Source of the DNA: Mayamaea pseudoterrestris
Taxonomy: Eukaryota
Assembly: GCA_027923505.1 (NCBI GenBank)
Contig: BROI01000024.1
Span: 186,001 to 250,000 of the forward strand
Direction: 5' to 3'
DNA: 64,000 nt
In this document: positions 34,946 to 47,640 of the stretch, piece by piece
Layout of the letters: every line of letters starts with the position of its first letter
How positions within the stretch are numbered: the first letter of the stretch is position 1
The notes under the pieces: generated by a model
Told to the model about the DNA's origin: nothing
Databases searched by the model: none
Seen by the model: only the letters and a program-made list of their open reading frames with translations
Made by a program: the position numbers and the translations under genes

Positions 34946-37333
34946 TTAAATAAACCACGAGCCCTCGTCAACTTGAAGCATAACAACTTCGTCACCAGCT
35001 TTGATGTCTCGACTGGCAACCATTAGCACATCATGGCTAACCCGGTGGCGCTCGTATACGGGCGAAAATTTCGGTCGCTTACCCGTTGGATGAGGAGGTA
35101 ACCAATGCGCAACATTCGCTTCACCTTCGCTCGTAACACGACGAATAAAACACGTCGCACCAACTTCAACATAGTGCTTATTGCTTCCCGGAACCTTGCT
35201 GGCATGGGTGAAGTTAGCTAAAAACTGGAGCAAATCTTCAATGATTGCGACTCTGTTGCCCTCCGCGCCGCCAGCTATGGCGTTGTTTTTCAAACCTTCC
35301 AAATTTCTGGACGACAATTCAACCGACTTTGAGAGGTGCTCCGCCATGATGAATGATCCTTTGGCAATATCTACAGTCGCATAGATCGACGCCTGCTTCT
35401 CGCCATCTTCAGTTTCCTTTGGTTCAAACCGGAACGAGCTCTTGCTAGGATCAGTCAAATCAATTTCATGAATGTTTGCTTCCCAGCTTAATGATCGGTA
35501 GTTGCACTCAAATGGCATGGGCTCGCGCCGACAATAAACCGTCTCCCATCCCTTTTTTGGCCACTGGTAGGCGTACTGAGTCGTTCCATCGAAATAAGTC
35601 AAAGCACGCTCCTTTGACTGGGTGTGCACAATGCGGTCATAAATTTGGTAATCAATCTCGTCGCTACGAGCGTACCAGCGGGAGCGGCAGTCGACACTTT
35701 TGCAAACAATCAAAAAGGAATGCGGCTCCAAAAAGCCGCAGTTGGCATCCTCATAGACGAGCATGGCTTCCACATCATCGCGAGCTTCCAACATGTTGAA
35801 CAAATTCTCTCGGTTCTTGTAAATGCCCATGTCAGGGCGAGGATCGTCAATCGACGCCGCCGTGCCAACTTGAATAGCCAAAATACCATTTTCGCTCAAA
35901 CTATTCATCATGGCCGATATAAAAGCATCATCGCTATACAGCATGCCAGAAGCTTCCGTGTCGTCCTCCGGATCAAGTGCATCCAGCAAAACAACATCAA
36001 GCGTTTCATGCGCCGGCTTGATGGACGGCGACGGCCCGAAGCGATCCAGGAACCACTTGCGTCCATCCTCAAAGTAGAGTTCCGTGAGAGCATCGTCGAA
36101 ACAATTTTCGGCGCGTCCAATCAAATCGGAACAGTTGGACATGCTCGCCAAGTGCTCACGGCAAATTTCCACCAGCTCGGAATCCATTTCAATCATTGTT
36201 GCCGACTCCAAAGTTTTGTGCTTCAAAACTTCACGCAGAGTAGCACCTTCTCCTCCACCAAGAATGGCAACATGCTTGGGATTGGGATGCGCAAAGAGCG
36301 CCGGGTGCACCATGGCCTCGTGGTAGACTCGCTCCGTTGACGAGAGTGACTGAATCGTTCCATCCAAAAACAAGAGTCGATCCGGCGTCACATAGGCTGG
36401 ATCTCGCAGTCGCGCATCGTCGGGAGTCATATTGTGCTTGATCACGTCCATGAATGTAGGCCTGTCCGTGATTTCGACCAAGTCCCAAATGTCCACGCGT
36501 TGGAGCTGTGAGGAATGAGCGAACGAAAGAGTAGAAAAAGTGAGATGTAATTGCGACAAGAAGAAACATGCGAGCCATCACATGAGCCCAGTACGTACAC
36601 TTGTCGAGTTACTATAGACTTGCGTCTTGCTATGCATGTCAAGTGGACTGAGCACCCAGTAGGTAAGGTCGCTCGAGTCATCCAGGTAGTTTTGCTTCTT
36701 TTGCTCATCGGATCGAAAGCCTCTGAGTTCGTGACTCCACTTGGTGTAAACATTTTCACCAATACCAAAGAGTCGCTTGAGCGTGGGAACCACGGGAAGC
36801 AGCGGACTCGATCCGCAGGTGAACAAGTCCAACGTAATGACGCCATCATCCGGCCACGTGTGAAACGAAATGTGCGACTCGAGCAACACGCCGACGCAAC
36901 TGACACCATTCGGAAGCAGCGAGTGGCAGTGGTAGCTAAGCATGGTCAAGCCACTCTCCTTGATGGTTTCCATCATGGCATCCGCCAGTCGCGATTCCGA
37001 ATTCAAAAAACTGGAGTCAACGTTGCGCATGTCAACCAGCAAGTGCTGACCAGCTGGAAGATGTTCCTCATCATGAGGTAAGACTTGACTCGGATCCAGT
37101 AGATTGACAGAGTGAACTTGCTCCGTTGGTGAAACTGTTGGCGCTTCAGAAGAGGATGGATGCAACGAAAAGGACTGCAGTGACTTTGGCATGGTGAATG
37201 GCTCGAGGCCCACGCCAGCCATGAAACTCGCCGCCATGGCCAATGTCAAGACGGACAAAAAGACTCGAATGTCCACGACAATTCCGCCATTGTCATGACT
37301 GCGCACGGGAACGGCGGAAACGACGTTCGCCAT
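34946..37333 (-). CDS. Membrane-anchored fusion of S-adenosylmethionine decarboxylase, aminopropyltransferase and a SET-like domain (candidate long-chain polyamine synthase; intron 36506-36598)
   Basis: N-terminal TM; prokaryotic-type AdoMetDC (GQHLLVD, GVLLESHISFHTWP, LDLFTCG); spermidine-synthase motifs (LFLDG..QS, YHEAMVHP, ILGGGEGATLREVLKH, LLDALDP); SET-like tail (YATVDIAKGSFI, ASRDIKAGDEV). Confidence 0.92.
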
Positions 37334-37578
37334 GGTGAGATTTGGATTGTGGATTGTACGTAAATCGATTGATCGATCTTGTGGCGCGCGACGGAAGCGT
37401 CATAAGAAAGCATGCGCACCTTCCGCGTAGGTAATGGTATCTTCCTCGCTCATACACACGGTAATTAACCATATGCGAGCGCGTGCCGGGTCGTCCGAAA
37501 AGGTGCTAACGTGAACCTTAACTTTCAATGCCATTTCGGCGAAACGGCGTTTCGCGGTCCGTTTCCAAAAATTCGACC

Positions 37579-38376
37579 ATGGCGGCTGCTGCCACTGCAA
37601 CCTTCACCGAGTGGCGCGACAAGGCCCGGCTTGTCTTTAACACAACGTCAGATCCCGGAGACGATGAGTCGGAGCAGCAACCGGATCGACTGGATGAAAT
37701 CGCCCAATACTGTCCGCAGTTGAGCTTTCGAGATGTACGTTGCAAGGCTGCAAGGAGGAACGATGTGCAACAAGACGTCCATTTTGTTTTCACTCGATAT
37801 CGTTTCTCATGACACTTTCTAATCTGCAGCGTCTCATGGGTTTTGCTATTAGTTTCAGTCTCGGTTGTAAGTTCATGTTGCGTTGGCTCGTGCGGTGCGT
37901 AATTAAAAATGCGCCTAGTCTCATTCGTTTGCTTTACTTGCTCATCAGACTTGATTGCCTTCATGTCCTTTCGCTTCTTCATTCAACTTATAGAAGGCAA
38001 TCCGATTCCATTTGCATTAAATTACTCGTTTGGACACATTTGTCAGTTAGCAGCATCGACATTTCTGTGCGGCCCCCAGCGACAATTCAAGGTCATGTTT
38101 GACGACAAGCGGCGATCCACCAGCATGGTGTACTTGTCGTGTTTAGGCTTGTGCTTGACCGTGGTGTTTATTCCGCTTCCCGCTTTGATCAAGCTAATCT
38201 TGCTGGTATCCATCATGCTGACCCAGTGCTGCGCATCAATATGGTACTCACTCAGCTACATTCCCTACGGACGACGAGCTGCGTTGCGACTCATCAAGAG
38301 CTACTTGGGCATGGAGGAGAGTCCGGCGAGTAGCTACAATGTTGTCATGACGGGAGGTGGAATGACGAGTGTGTAA
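37579..38376 (+). CDS. SFT2: SFT2/Got1-family vesicle transport protein (introns 37735-37829, 37867-37948)
   Basis: LSFRD|RLMGFAISF, FALNYSFGHI...STFLCGPQRQFKVMFDDKRR and WYSLSYIPYGR. Confidence 0.88.
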
Positions 38377-38770
38377 ATGATCGCGCGAGAACGCTTCACG
38401 TGGAAGGCGGATGCAGCAACGCTGGTGGAAGCCAAGAATGCTCCACATTACAGTATAGACGCTGACCTATACCTTTTCAGTAATATGCTTCTCTTTGATC
38501 ATGATATGAAAAGAGACAAGCATAGTCTACGGCATACTCCCACATAAATATAAACGGTACTTGTAGCAGATGGGTAGCTAACCATTACTGATAAAAAACT
38601 TTAAAGCCCACAGTCGTCTGGCCGTCGCTTGGCACTCGCAACGGTCATTCGACAAGTCGCAATCTTCAACCGAATCCTGCACTTTGGCTCTTGATCCCGG
38701 CATTCTCCTAACCGACTTGTACACTTGAACTGATATAAATAGCAAGCTTGTCATCACTAAGCAATAGAAA

Positions 38771-41700
38771 ATGTCGGACGACAATGCATCAGGCGTAAGT
38801 GCTTTTGGCTCGATCGAAGATTTGACAGATTCGACGACGGCTTTGGTCGCCAAGCCAAATGACTCACCTATTTTCTATCATCATCACAGTCCAATCCTCC
38901 ACCACCACCACCAGCTGCCTCTGCTAGCTTTTCTCGATTCGCCGCCTTTGGCTCCTCGCTGCGAGCGCAGGCGCAGGAGCTCCAGGCCAAGGCGGCGGAA
39001 GGCGTGACGAAAATATCCGAGCAGGCCAAGACGGTGAGTTTGACGACGCCGAAACAGTCAAACGACTCGGCGACAGCAGCAGCAAGTGACGCAAATGCTA
39101 GTCAAAGTAATGCAGCATCAGCAGCTGATGTCGCGAGTCCAGCTCCGTCGCTCGCTAGCTTGAAGAGTGACTCCGTCAGCAAGGAGGACTTGCTTGAAAT
39201 TTTGCAAAAGCTTAACAAAAAGGTCAAGGCGCTTTCCATTATGCGAACGCAACTGACGGAAAAATGCGAAACGGTGGAACGAGAAAAGACGCGACTGAAG
39301 GAACTGGTCGTGGATGAAATTTTGAATGGAGCCGTCGACTTGTCGAGTCTAGGCGACGAGGCGAGCAACGTCGACGAAGTCTTGCAGATACAACTTGCTT
39401 GGCGTAGGCTTGACGAGGAGAAGCAAATGAGCCTGCAACAGTTGCAGCAAGAGTTTCAAAAAATGGCGCTAGCGCAGCAGCAAACTAGTGAGAGCAGTAG
39501 CGAGGCGAAGGTTGAGGAAGGAGACAGCATGAGCGCTAGTGAGTGGCAGGCGGAGAAGCAAGCCTTGCAGCAACAGCACGAGCAAGAAACGTCAGACCTT
39601 CGAGCGAAGCTTGAACAATTACAGGAACAACAATCTGCTAATGAAGCCACTGCTACTGACGACGCGTCGGCCAAGATTAAGGCGGCAGCCCAACAGCAAC
39701 TCGTCGCCTTTAAAAAGAAGGTTGCTGCGGCCCGACAGGAGGAGATTGCTAAATTGAAAAAGGAGCTAGCCGATCAAGCCGCGACGGATCTGGAAGCCAA
39801 GCTGGCCGAACAAGCAAGGGATTACGAAGCCAAAATAGCAATGACTGCGGCTAGTAGTAGCAGTGGCGAAGATGGAGACTCGGCCGCAGCATCGGTTGCC
39901 ATGTTGCAGCAGCAAGTGGAAGATTTGAAGCAGCAACAAGCAGGCCACATTCAGTCATTGGAAGCAGAGCACGCGCAAAAAATTGCAGAAGTTGCTGAAA
40001 AGACGCGTCAACAGGTGGAGCAAGCACTCACAACTGATATGGAGGAGCGCCTTCAGGAGTGCATGGGCGATTTGAAGCGAAACCATGCTCTGGAGCTGGA
40101 GGCGGTGCAGCAGCAAGCGGCACTGCAACTTGCGAAAGCAAGTCAGAAAACTAATAGTGTTGATGTTGAAGCGAATACTGCAAAGGAACAAATTGCAGCC
40201 TTGCAAGTCGAATTGGAGGCATCTAGAAAGCAGCGCGAAGATGCCGTTGACAGTTTACAGAAACAGCTTGACTCCGTTTCGTCCGAAAAGGAAGGAAGAC
40301 TGCACTCACTCGAGTCAGAGCTGGACACGCAGAAACAGCAATTCGCAACCATTTTGGAAAAGGAACAATCCTTGGCAGCAGAGCTTGAACAGGCGCGCAT
40401 TACTCTGGCTGCGGCGCAAGAGGAGAAGGATGCCGCCTTTGCAAAGTTTCAAGCAAAATCTGACGAAGCTCACAAATCGCATGAAGATGACATGTTGACG
40501 CAACAATCAGCATTCGAAGCGGAGATTTCGAAGCTAAAGTTGGAGTATGAGAATCAATTGAAGGAGCTGCAAGCGAAACTCAATGACAACAATGGAAGAA
40601 ATGAACAAGTTGAGGCACTGCAATCAGAACTGTTGGCTGTCAAGATGCAGAATAAGGACGCCCTCGAAAGTCTGCAAGCGCAGCTTGACTTGAAATCATC
40701 TGAGTACAAAGTCGGCATGCAGACGGTTCAGTCGGAACTCGACACGCAGTTAGAGCTAGTTGCATCCATTCATAGCCGGGAAGAGTCCCTTGCAGACGAG
40801 CTTGAGCAGGCGCGCAATGCCCTTTTGGCTGCCCAAGAGGAGAAGGATGCGATCCGTTCCGCGTCGAAGGCGCAACAAGAACATGCTGATCGTTCAATCA
40901 ATGCTGCTCGTGTAGACCAACAAGCGGCATTCGAGGGTGCGTTATCAAAGCTAAAAGCTGAGTCTGACGAGCAATTGGAGGCTTTGCGGTCACAATTAGA
41001 AAGTAACAACGCTGCAAGGACTGCCGCTGAAGCTGAGATCAGCTCGTTAAAAGCGCGTCTTATCGAGATTGACAATGGCAAGGCGGAGAGAGAGTCCAAT
41101 TTAGAAAAACAACTTAAAGAAACTTTGGCTTTGCTGGCAAGTAAAGAAGAGGAGCAGGAAACGACATCGCAAAACCTATTGGATGCTCAATCTGCACTAG
41201 ATGAAACGAAAGAGGAATTCAACAAGATTTCAGATGAGCTTGCGCTCGTTAAAGAAAATAATGGAAAGGAAACTGCAGCACTTGAGAGCTCCTACCAATT
41301 GAAGGTTGCTGAGTTGACTGGGCAGCTTGACAACAAAGAACGGCAACTAGGAGCTTTATCATCATCGGATTCAGAACAATCGGCCGCATTTTCTGATTTA
41401 CAAAATGTTTATAATGATCTTCAGGCCAAACACCAAACTCTTGAGTTAGAGACTGGGAATTCTTTGCAGTCGTTACGGACCGAAGTGGAGACCGCGTTGC
41501 GCGAGAAAGCTAAGCTGGAAAGCACTTTGTCGGAAAACAAAGAGTTACTGGCTGCAGCGAATGCTACTTATGCAAAACAGATTGAGGAACTCCAATCGCG
41601 TCTAACAGCTGCGACGTGCGAGAATAATTCACAGGCTGAAAATCACAAAAAAGAGTACGCTGCAATGTGTGAAAAGGTGTCGCATCTGGAGGCGGCGTCA

Positions 41701-43878
41701 AGCACAAGCACGATGCAAATTGCGTTCGATACCAGAATCAAAAAGCTGACAGATGGCTTTGACAAGCAACTTAAGGTGCTTCAAAGAGAAAAGGATGAGT
41801 TGTTAGAAGCGTCTGTGGTCGACACCACGTCGATCGAATCATTTTCCAGTCGTGTGACTGAGCTTACGCAGGCACTCGATCAGAAAGACTTAAAAATCGA
41901 AGAACTGATGAAACAGGCAGATGCACTTCTTGAAAGTCTGCGGAAGAAAGAAGAGCACTTATCATTGGCTCACGACGAGCACGAAGCAAGTCTCTCCAAA
42001 CTCAAGGCTGACCTCGAATTGGCACAGCAGCAGATTGCAAATGCTGCCAAGGTAGCGTCAATAGCGGATAATAAAGTTGAATGTAGTCTCAGAGAATTGT
42101 CAGTAAAAAAGGATGAAGAGATGACATTGCTGAAAACCCAATACAATGAAGAACTGACGACGCTACGCGACGAGCTCGACGCGGCGCGTGCGGATGTGGA
42201 GCAAGTATTAGCATCTAGAATGGAGAAACAAAAGACCGAATTTGAAGATCAGATTAGTAACATTGAGCGATTACACGCCGAGGAGAAAGAAGAGATGCGC
42301 AAGTCAATGGAGACCCACATCGATACGATGAAGACGCGCTTTAAAGAAAAACTTGATGCTATGAGAGAGGAAGCTGCGACCGAACTTAAGCGAGCACATG
42401 ATGAACGGTCTGACCAGGAAGGGAAGCTGACTAAGGTAGTCGAGCGTCTCAACGCTCTCACAGCAACAACAACAGCCTTGCGTGACGAAAAGGTCGATCT
42501 CACTGCTCTACTCGAAGCGGAACGGTCCAAGTGCACTGCTCTACAGGAGGAACAAGTGTCTCTTAAGAAAAGCATAGACGAAACAGTTAAGAATAGCTCC
42601 GATACAGCCACGGAACTCTTGCAGCAGCAGGAGAAACTTGAAAAGGAGAAGGCGGCACTGTCCGAACAACTTGCCAAACTAAAGATTGCAGTTCACGCCA
42701 AGTCGAACAAAGTGGAAGAACTCACGGGCAAAGTTGAGGCACTTACTGCGAACTTGAATGACATGGCCGAACAGGGCAAGAATATGGAAAGCAGGCTTCG
42801 CACGGCTGCCGAGAACGAGGCTCGCCTAAAGGTCAGCGAGTCCGAGGTCGACAATCTCCGAGAACAAATAAACAGACTGAAACTTGAAATGACTCAAAAC
42901 AACGCTCTTGTAAGTCGGTTACAGTCCGAGCAGGATGCGAAAGAGCGAAGTCAAGGAGAACGGTCAGCGCTCGTCGGTATGCTGGAAACTCAGTTATCTG
43001 AATTGAACGATAAAAATTCTGACTTGAATGCTAAGCTTGAGGCTGCATTATACGACTTGAATCAACGAGAAGAATGCATTCAGACCAGCGAAGACCGGAT
43101 AAGAAAGCTGGAAAAGGAGCTGGCGGATGCGATGCTGACGTCGAAGAGAACGTCTGACGCACTGGTCTTAGCGCAGAAAGGAGCTGATGCAAACAGTTCG
43201 AAACGGGTGGATGCACTGCAAAAGGAGCTTCAAACCGTCAAACAACAGATGGCACGCAAAAGCGCAGCTGCTCAGAAAATGTTACAAGAGCGCGAGGCAG
43301 AGTGCGCCGAACTGCGAAAGTCCACTAAAGCGTTGCAGCACGAAGTCGAAAAGGGTTCGCTGAGCGACCGCAAGATTTTTGAACTTGCTGAGAAGCAAAG
43401 TAATCGTGAGTCAATGCTAGCATCTGAGATTGAAGCAAGAAACAGAACCATTGACCAGCTTCAGGCCGCACTTATATCTAGGGACGACGAGCTTGCTTCG
43501 GTTGAAGCAATAAAAGAGAAAGCTGAGATGGAGGTCAACGAACTTTGTCGATTGAAACGGCGCGAAGACGTAAACATAGACTATTTGAAAGGCATTATCG
43601 TCCAATATTTGTCACTTCCGTCCGGTTCAACAGAACGTGCCGGTTTACTTCCGGTGATTGCGACATTGTTACAATTTAATCCGCAAGATTACCGGAGAAT
43701 CGAGGAAGGGAAGAACAAGATAAGCTGGTGGGGCAGTATTGCACCGACGCTAATTTCTGCTCCAGCGGCTACTCTCCCGGGGCATGTGGTTCCAAATAAT
43801 GGTGGCGTTGCCGAAGTCATGGTGACGCCGACTTCCGCTCCCCAAGATGGCAGACGCCCAACATCGCTGCAATTTTAA
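38771..43878 (+). CDS. GRIP-domain golgin (long coiled coil; intron 38795-38889)
   Basis: ~1650-aa coiled coil ending in the GRIP motif VNIDYLKGIIVQYL...LLPVIATLLQF. A short first exon (MSDDNASG) splices in frame. Confidence 0.88.
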
Positions 43879-43942
43879 AACCTCATTTTTTTGATCCTGA
43901 TGCTAAATACACGCTTGATTTTACAAATTGTATTATTATGGT

Positions 43943-46900
43943 TTATTTATTTGATATGAATAGTTCTATGCCCGCGCCAGCAACAGCAACGACATGATAA
44001 TTGTTCATGGTCAAGTGCGCAAGGCAGTTTATATCCCCAGTAGCAGCGGACATAGTGAAGAGGCACTCAAGGCGTTGAGGATCGAATATTTCAGATACTC
44101 TCAATCTACGATCGTACCCACAAGACACAACACAGTTGTCGTTCGCCCACGCCAAACCACGGATTGCGGATACACCGCATTTAGCATGGAAAGGCCGTCG
44201 CGTTTGAATTGAAGATCTGCAAGACGGGTCCAATACTAAATCAAAACAAGTAATTGACTGGTCGTCTCCACCACTACACACCCTTATAACAGGGTGTCCC
44301 GATGCGTCAATAACAGTTCTCGCAGTAATGGCATTCGTTCCCACTTGGTGGGCGTCATACGATAGGAGAATGTTCGCTATGTCCGCTACCGAATTCGGAG
44401 CCTGTAACGATTCCGAGACATCAAGCACCGTGATTTGACCACCTGTATTTCCCACCATCAGCAAAATTAAACTTGTAGTTTGTACTAATGCGAGTGAAAG
44501 TACCGGGCGTTCGCCAGCGAATACGAGCCTTCCAATTAATGGTCCTCGTCGGTTTTTCGACAGGCTGTACAAGTACACTTTACCGTTCGAATCACCTGCA
44601 GCAATGGCGGCGCCCGTACTGAACCGTCCCGAAAGAGCAAGCGCTGCGAGCGCGTTAATCCGGTGATCAATGGTTGCTTTGTCAAAGGACTTGCCCACAC
44701 CGACGAACTCAACAACTGGCCCCCATTTCGCTTCTAGAGGCTGGTCGTGTACGAAATAGAACTGAAGTTCAAGTTTTGCTCCCCCGATAGCTAAAAGAGT
44801 CTTCTCGTCATCAAATCGAGTTTGACAAAGCGCCCGAGCCCCACCCGCCTGCGCCGGCAAAAGCTCTGAAGCTATTACGACTTTATTACGAATGCATGTT
44901 ATTCGCGAATAGCAGTCTTCGCTGGCTGTCACCAACGCGATTGTGTCTTGGTTTAAGGCAAAAAGACAACAGTCAAATATAACATCGCCATGCATGCGAG
45001 GAGCGCTCGATGTATTCCAACTATAGCCTTGGCCTAGAATCTCGTTTCTCGATAGCTCAATCTTCTTACAACCGTCTACATTCGCACCAGAAACGGCAAA
45101 CCAGATGTTTGTCGTTGAACTGGCAGGCGTTTCGTAGTTGTTTGATAGCACCTTGAAGTCAATGCAATTGATGCGTTGCCTTCCCCCTGTATCCGAGCGA
45201 AATACTTCGTAACCCGTCGCAGTATTCACAACGGCGTATGTGTTTGCATAGTAACCACCAACAATGAGGTCAAAATCACCATCTGAGCATGGTGCGTACC
45301 AAAGTCGATCCAAGCCCGTAAATGATGGAACAGCAACGGACTTGAGTAGAATGAGATTATCGCCCTGAACAGCACACTCGTGAATACATGCATCATTTCC
45401 AACCGAGATAAGACGACCACTGATCCATTGAATAGAAGTGACATGCTCACGACCATGGGCGCGAAGAGTAGATAAAGGGAAACATTCAGCGCTTCGGCTC
45501 GTCGTTGATACATGGAACAGCGCCAGATGTCCTCGTGTGTCGCCTGCAACAAGGAGGTTGCGTGATTCATCCAAGCAACAGCATATTGGCATGCCTTTTA
45601 ATTTGGATCGAAATATATGGCGAATGGCAAATTGCAGCTGCATCGAGTCATTTAACGTTCTCTCACCAGACCATAGGAGAACTGTTTGCACATGCAGAGA
45701 AAGAAAAGTGGTGGAGCTTAACCAAAAAATCTTCTGAACTGAGCGATGGTTCGCTGCAGATAACACAGATTGGCGATGTCTTACCAAATCGATAAGCAAA
45801 ATTTCCCCATTAATGGTCCCAATGGAGGCATTAGCTCCGGACGGACAAACCGAAAAGCAGCTCCCGTCGGTTGCATTTACATTGAACTCACGAAGCGATA
45901 AATCCCACCATTTTGAAATCTGCTGTAGTTCGCCCAACTCCGGTGTGACGCGTAAAATCTCACCATGGCGTGTCGCGACGAGCAACTGCGGCGCTCTGCC
46001 ATTTTGCCGAACAAACTGCATTCCCACGAGTGCATGCAGCTTTTCTTTTGGCTTGCTTTTGCTCTTCGTTTTCACCTCGGAGTCAAGACCGTTTTTCTCG
46101 TCATCATCAAAATTAGCCAAGCACGTACCAGCAACACTGGTGTTCGGTATCATTACTGTATCACTCCATGAACACGAAGAATGATCAGCCACTTGTTTGC
46201 GCGGATAGCGAATCTGATGACGCAAATCATAGACTGCCACACTTCCATCGTTTGCCCCAGTGACGACAAATGATTTCAACGCATCTACCCGCCAAACACT
46301 TTGGCATGAGTGTCCACGCAAAACCGCCAATGGCGCCCCCGACTGCTCGTCCCAGACTCGAGCCGTTCCATCTTCTCCGGTCGAGACAACGCCGAGACTG
46401 GAAAAGGTGACGCTCCAGCAGCGAGCTGCATGGCTCCACGCAGTCCACCGCTGTCGCCACTCTCCGTCGTGACACTCCCATAGTCGAATCGTCCGATCAT
46501 CCGATGCTGATGCAAGTATATTGTCGTGTTTGAACCGAACGGCATGAATGCATCCGTGATGTCCCTTTAGTATAGCTTCCTGGCGGCTGTTTTCGTCGTC
46601 GCCTTTCAGCGACCAAACCAAAATGTCGCGCAGCGGCAAGCCGACTGCCACAAGGTCGCCGTATATATGCATGCAGTAACTAATCGTCTTGGTCTGTCCA
46701 CAGACTTGCCGCAGGCATTCAGCCGTCATGGCGAACTCCATATTGCATTCAAAGTCAAGCTTCCAGAGCTGAATCTTGTTGTGAGCGAGACCAACGACGA
46801 GTCCATTGTCGTTTTGCCACTGACAGTCCCAAATCCAATCCGGCACGACCAATATATTCTTAGATTGCTGATCGATTGCTGTGTTTGCATCATCTAGTCG

Positions 46901-47227
46901 TCGTATTGAAGTTACTTTAATCATGGCGCGATTCAGATCCAAAACGTTTCGGAGAAACGATACTTGATTGCCTCCAAAGACTGCCGTCAGTTCCTTACTA
47001 CAAGAGTATCGAACTCCATGAATGACTCCATCTTCTAGCACCAGTACACGATCCTGCTTCGTTCCAAACGTTGGCGGCTGTCGCATCGTCGTTTCGCATC
47101 GTAACGTTCGTCGCTCGAGCCATCCGCCTTGGCCGTAGACGCACATTTTTCGGAGTGGAAAGGAGAGACATGATACTGGAGCTCCAATGACGCAGTGCTT
47201 TTCAAAGACGAGAGGCTTTTCTGTCAT
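43943..47227 (-). CDS. WDR6: WD40 protein of the WDR6/Trm734 family (Trm7 partner)
   Basis: LKGHHGCIHAV..ASASDDRTIRLW, SHAARCW..STGEDGTARVW, GH..SVW..TGANDG, GGRQR, VTASED and AHQVGTNA..SGGDDQ. Confidence 0.78.
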   Translation of the reverse strand: MTEKPLVFEKHCVIGAPVSCLSFPLRKMCVYGQGGWLERRTLRCETTMRQPPTFGTKQDRVLVLEDGVIHGVRYSCSKELTAVFGGNQVSFLRNVLDLNRAMIKVTSIRRLDDANTAIDQQSKNILVVPDWIWDCQWQNDNGLVVGLAHNKIQLWKLDFECNMEFAMTAECLRQVCGQTKTISYCMHIYGDLVAVGLPLRDILVWSLKGDDENSRQEAILKGHHGCIHAVRFKHDNILASASDDRTIRLWECHDGEWRQRWTAWSHAARCWSVTFSSLGVVSTGEDGTARVWDEQSGAPLAVLRGHSCQSVWRVDALKSFVVTGANDGSVAVYDLRHQIRYPRKQVADHSSCSWSDTVMIPNTSVAGTCLANFDDDEKNGLDSEVKTKSKSKPKEKLHALVGMQFVRQNGRAPQLLVATRHGEILRVTPELGELQQISKWWDLSLREFNVNATDGSCFSVCPSGANASIGTINGEILLIDLVRHRQSVLSAANHRSVQKIFWLSSTTFLSLHVQTVLLWSGERTLNDSMQLQFAIRHIFRSKLKGMPICCCLDESRNLLVAGDTRGHLALFHVSTTSRSAECFPLSTLRAHGREHVTSIQWISGRLISVGNDACIHECAVQGDNLILLKSVAVPSFTGLDRLWYAPCSDGDFDLIVGGYYANTYAVVNTATGYEVFRSDTGGRQRINCIDFKVLSNNYETPASSTTNIWFAVSGANVDGCKKIELSRNEILGQGYSWNTSSAPRMHGDVIFDCCLFALNQDTIALVTASEDCYSRITCIRNKVVIASELLPAQAGGARALCQTRFDDEKTLLAIGGAKLELQFYFVHDQPLEAKWGPVVEFVGVGKSFDKATIDHRINALAALALSGRFSTGAAIAAGDSNGKVYLYSLSKNRRGPLIGRLVFAGERPVLSLALVQTTSLILLMVGNTGGQITVLDVSESLQAPNSVADIANILLSYDAHQVGTNAITARTVIDASGHPVIRVCSGGDDQSITCFDLVLDPSCRSSIQTRRPFHAKCGVSAIRGLAWANDNCVVSCGYDRRLRVSEIFDPQRLECLFTMSAATGDINCLAHLTMNNYHVVAVAGAGIELFISNK

Positions 47228-47640
47228 TAGAGTTTGAATCCAGGTTCTGATAGCAGCTAAAAGATATACAGAGGCTGATGATTTTGACGCTCATTGGCAT
47301 GCCATGGTGATGAGGTGCAGGTTTCGCAGAAGCGTGACTTGCCGCACTGGTTTTAAGGTTTGACTCATTTCAGTCGCGCTTGATGGTGTCATCACTGTCA
47401 CGCTGGCTCGAGGGTCACTTCTCGCAGCGCATGGATGACCGCGAAGGAACGACGACGACCACTGCCACTTTGTTATATCGACAATCGTTGCTTGGTGAAT
47501 AGCATTGAAGTGCCAATTTACAATCGAATATATCGTCGTTTCTCCTCTATCGAAGTTATCAAGCAATAGCTACGCGAGTGTATCAAATCGACGCGATCGA
47601 AACCGCGCAGAAGCTCAGCACTCGAAAGTTTGACAGAATC

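Noticed and set aside
35624..36340. 238-aa plus-strand ORF and many similar short ORFs opposite real genes
   Set aside because: Antisense or alternate-frame shadows of well-supported CDSs.
37290..37403. Out-of-frame upstream ATG (37403) overlapping the AdoMetDC fusion start, as a polyamine-responsive uORF
   Set aside because: It probably lies in the short shared promoter, upstream of the transcription start. It resembles no known AdoMetDC uORF peptide and cannot be supported without TSS data.
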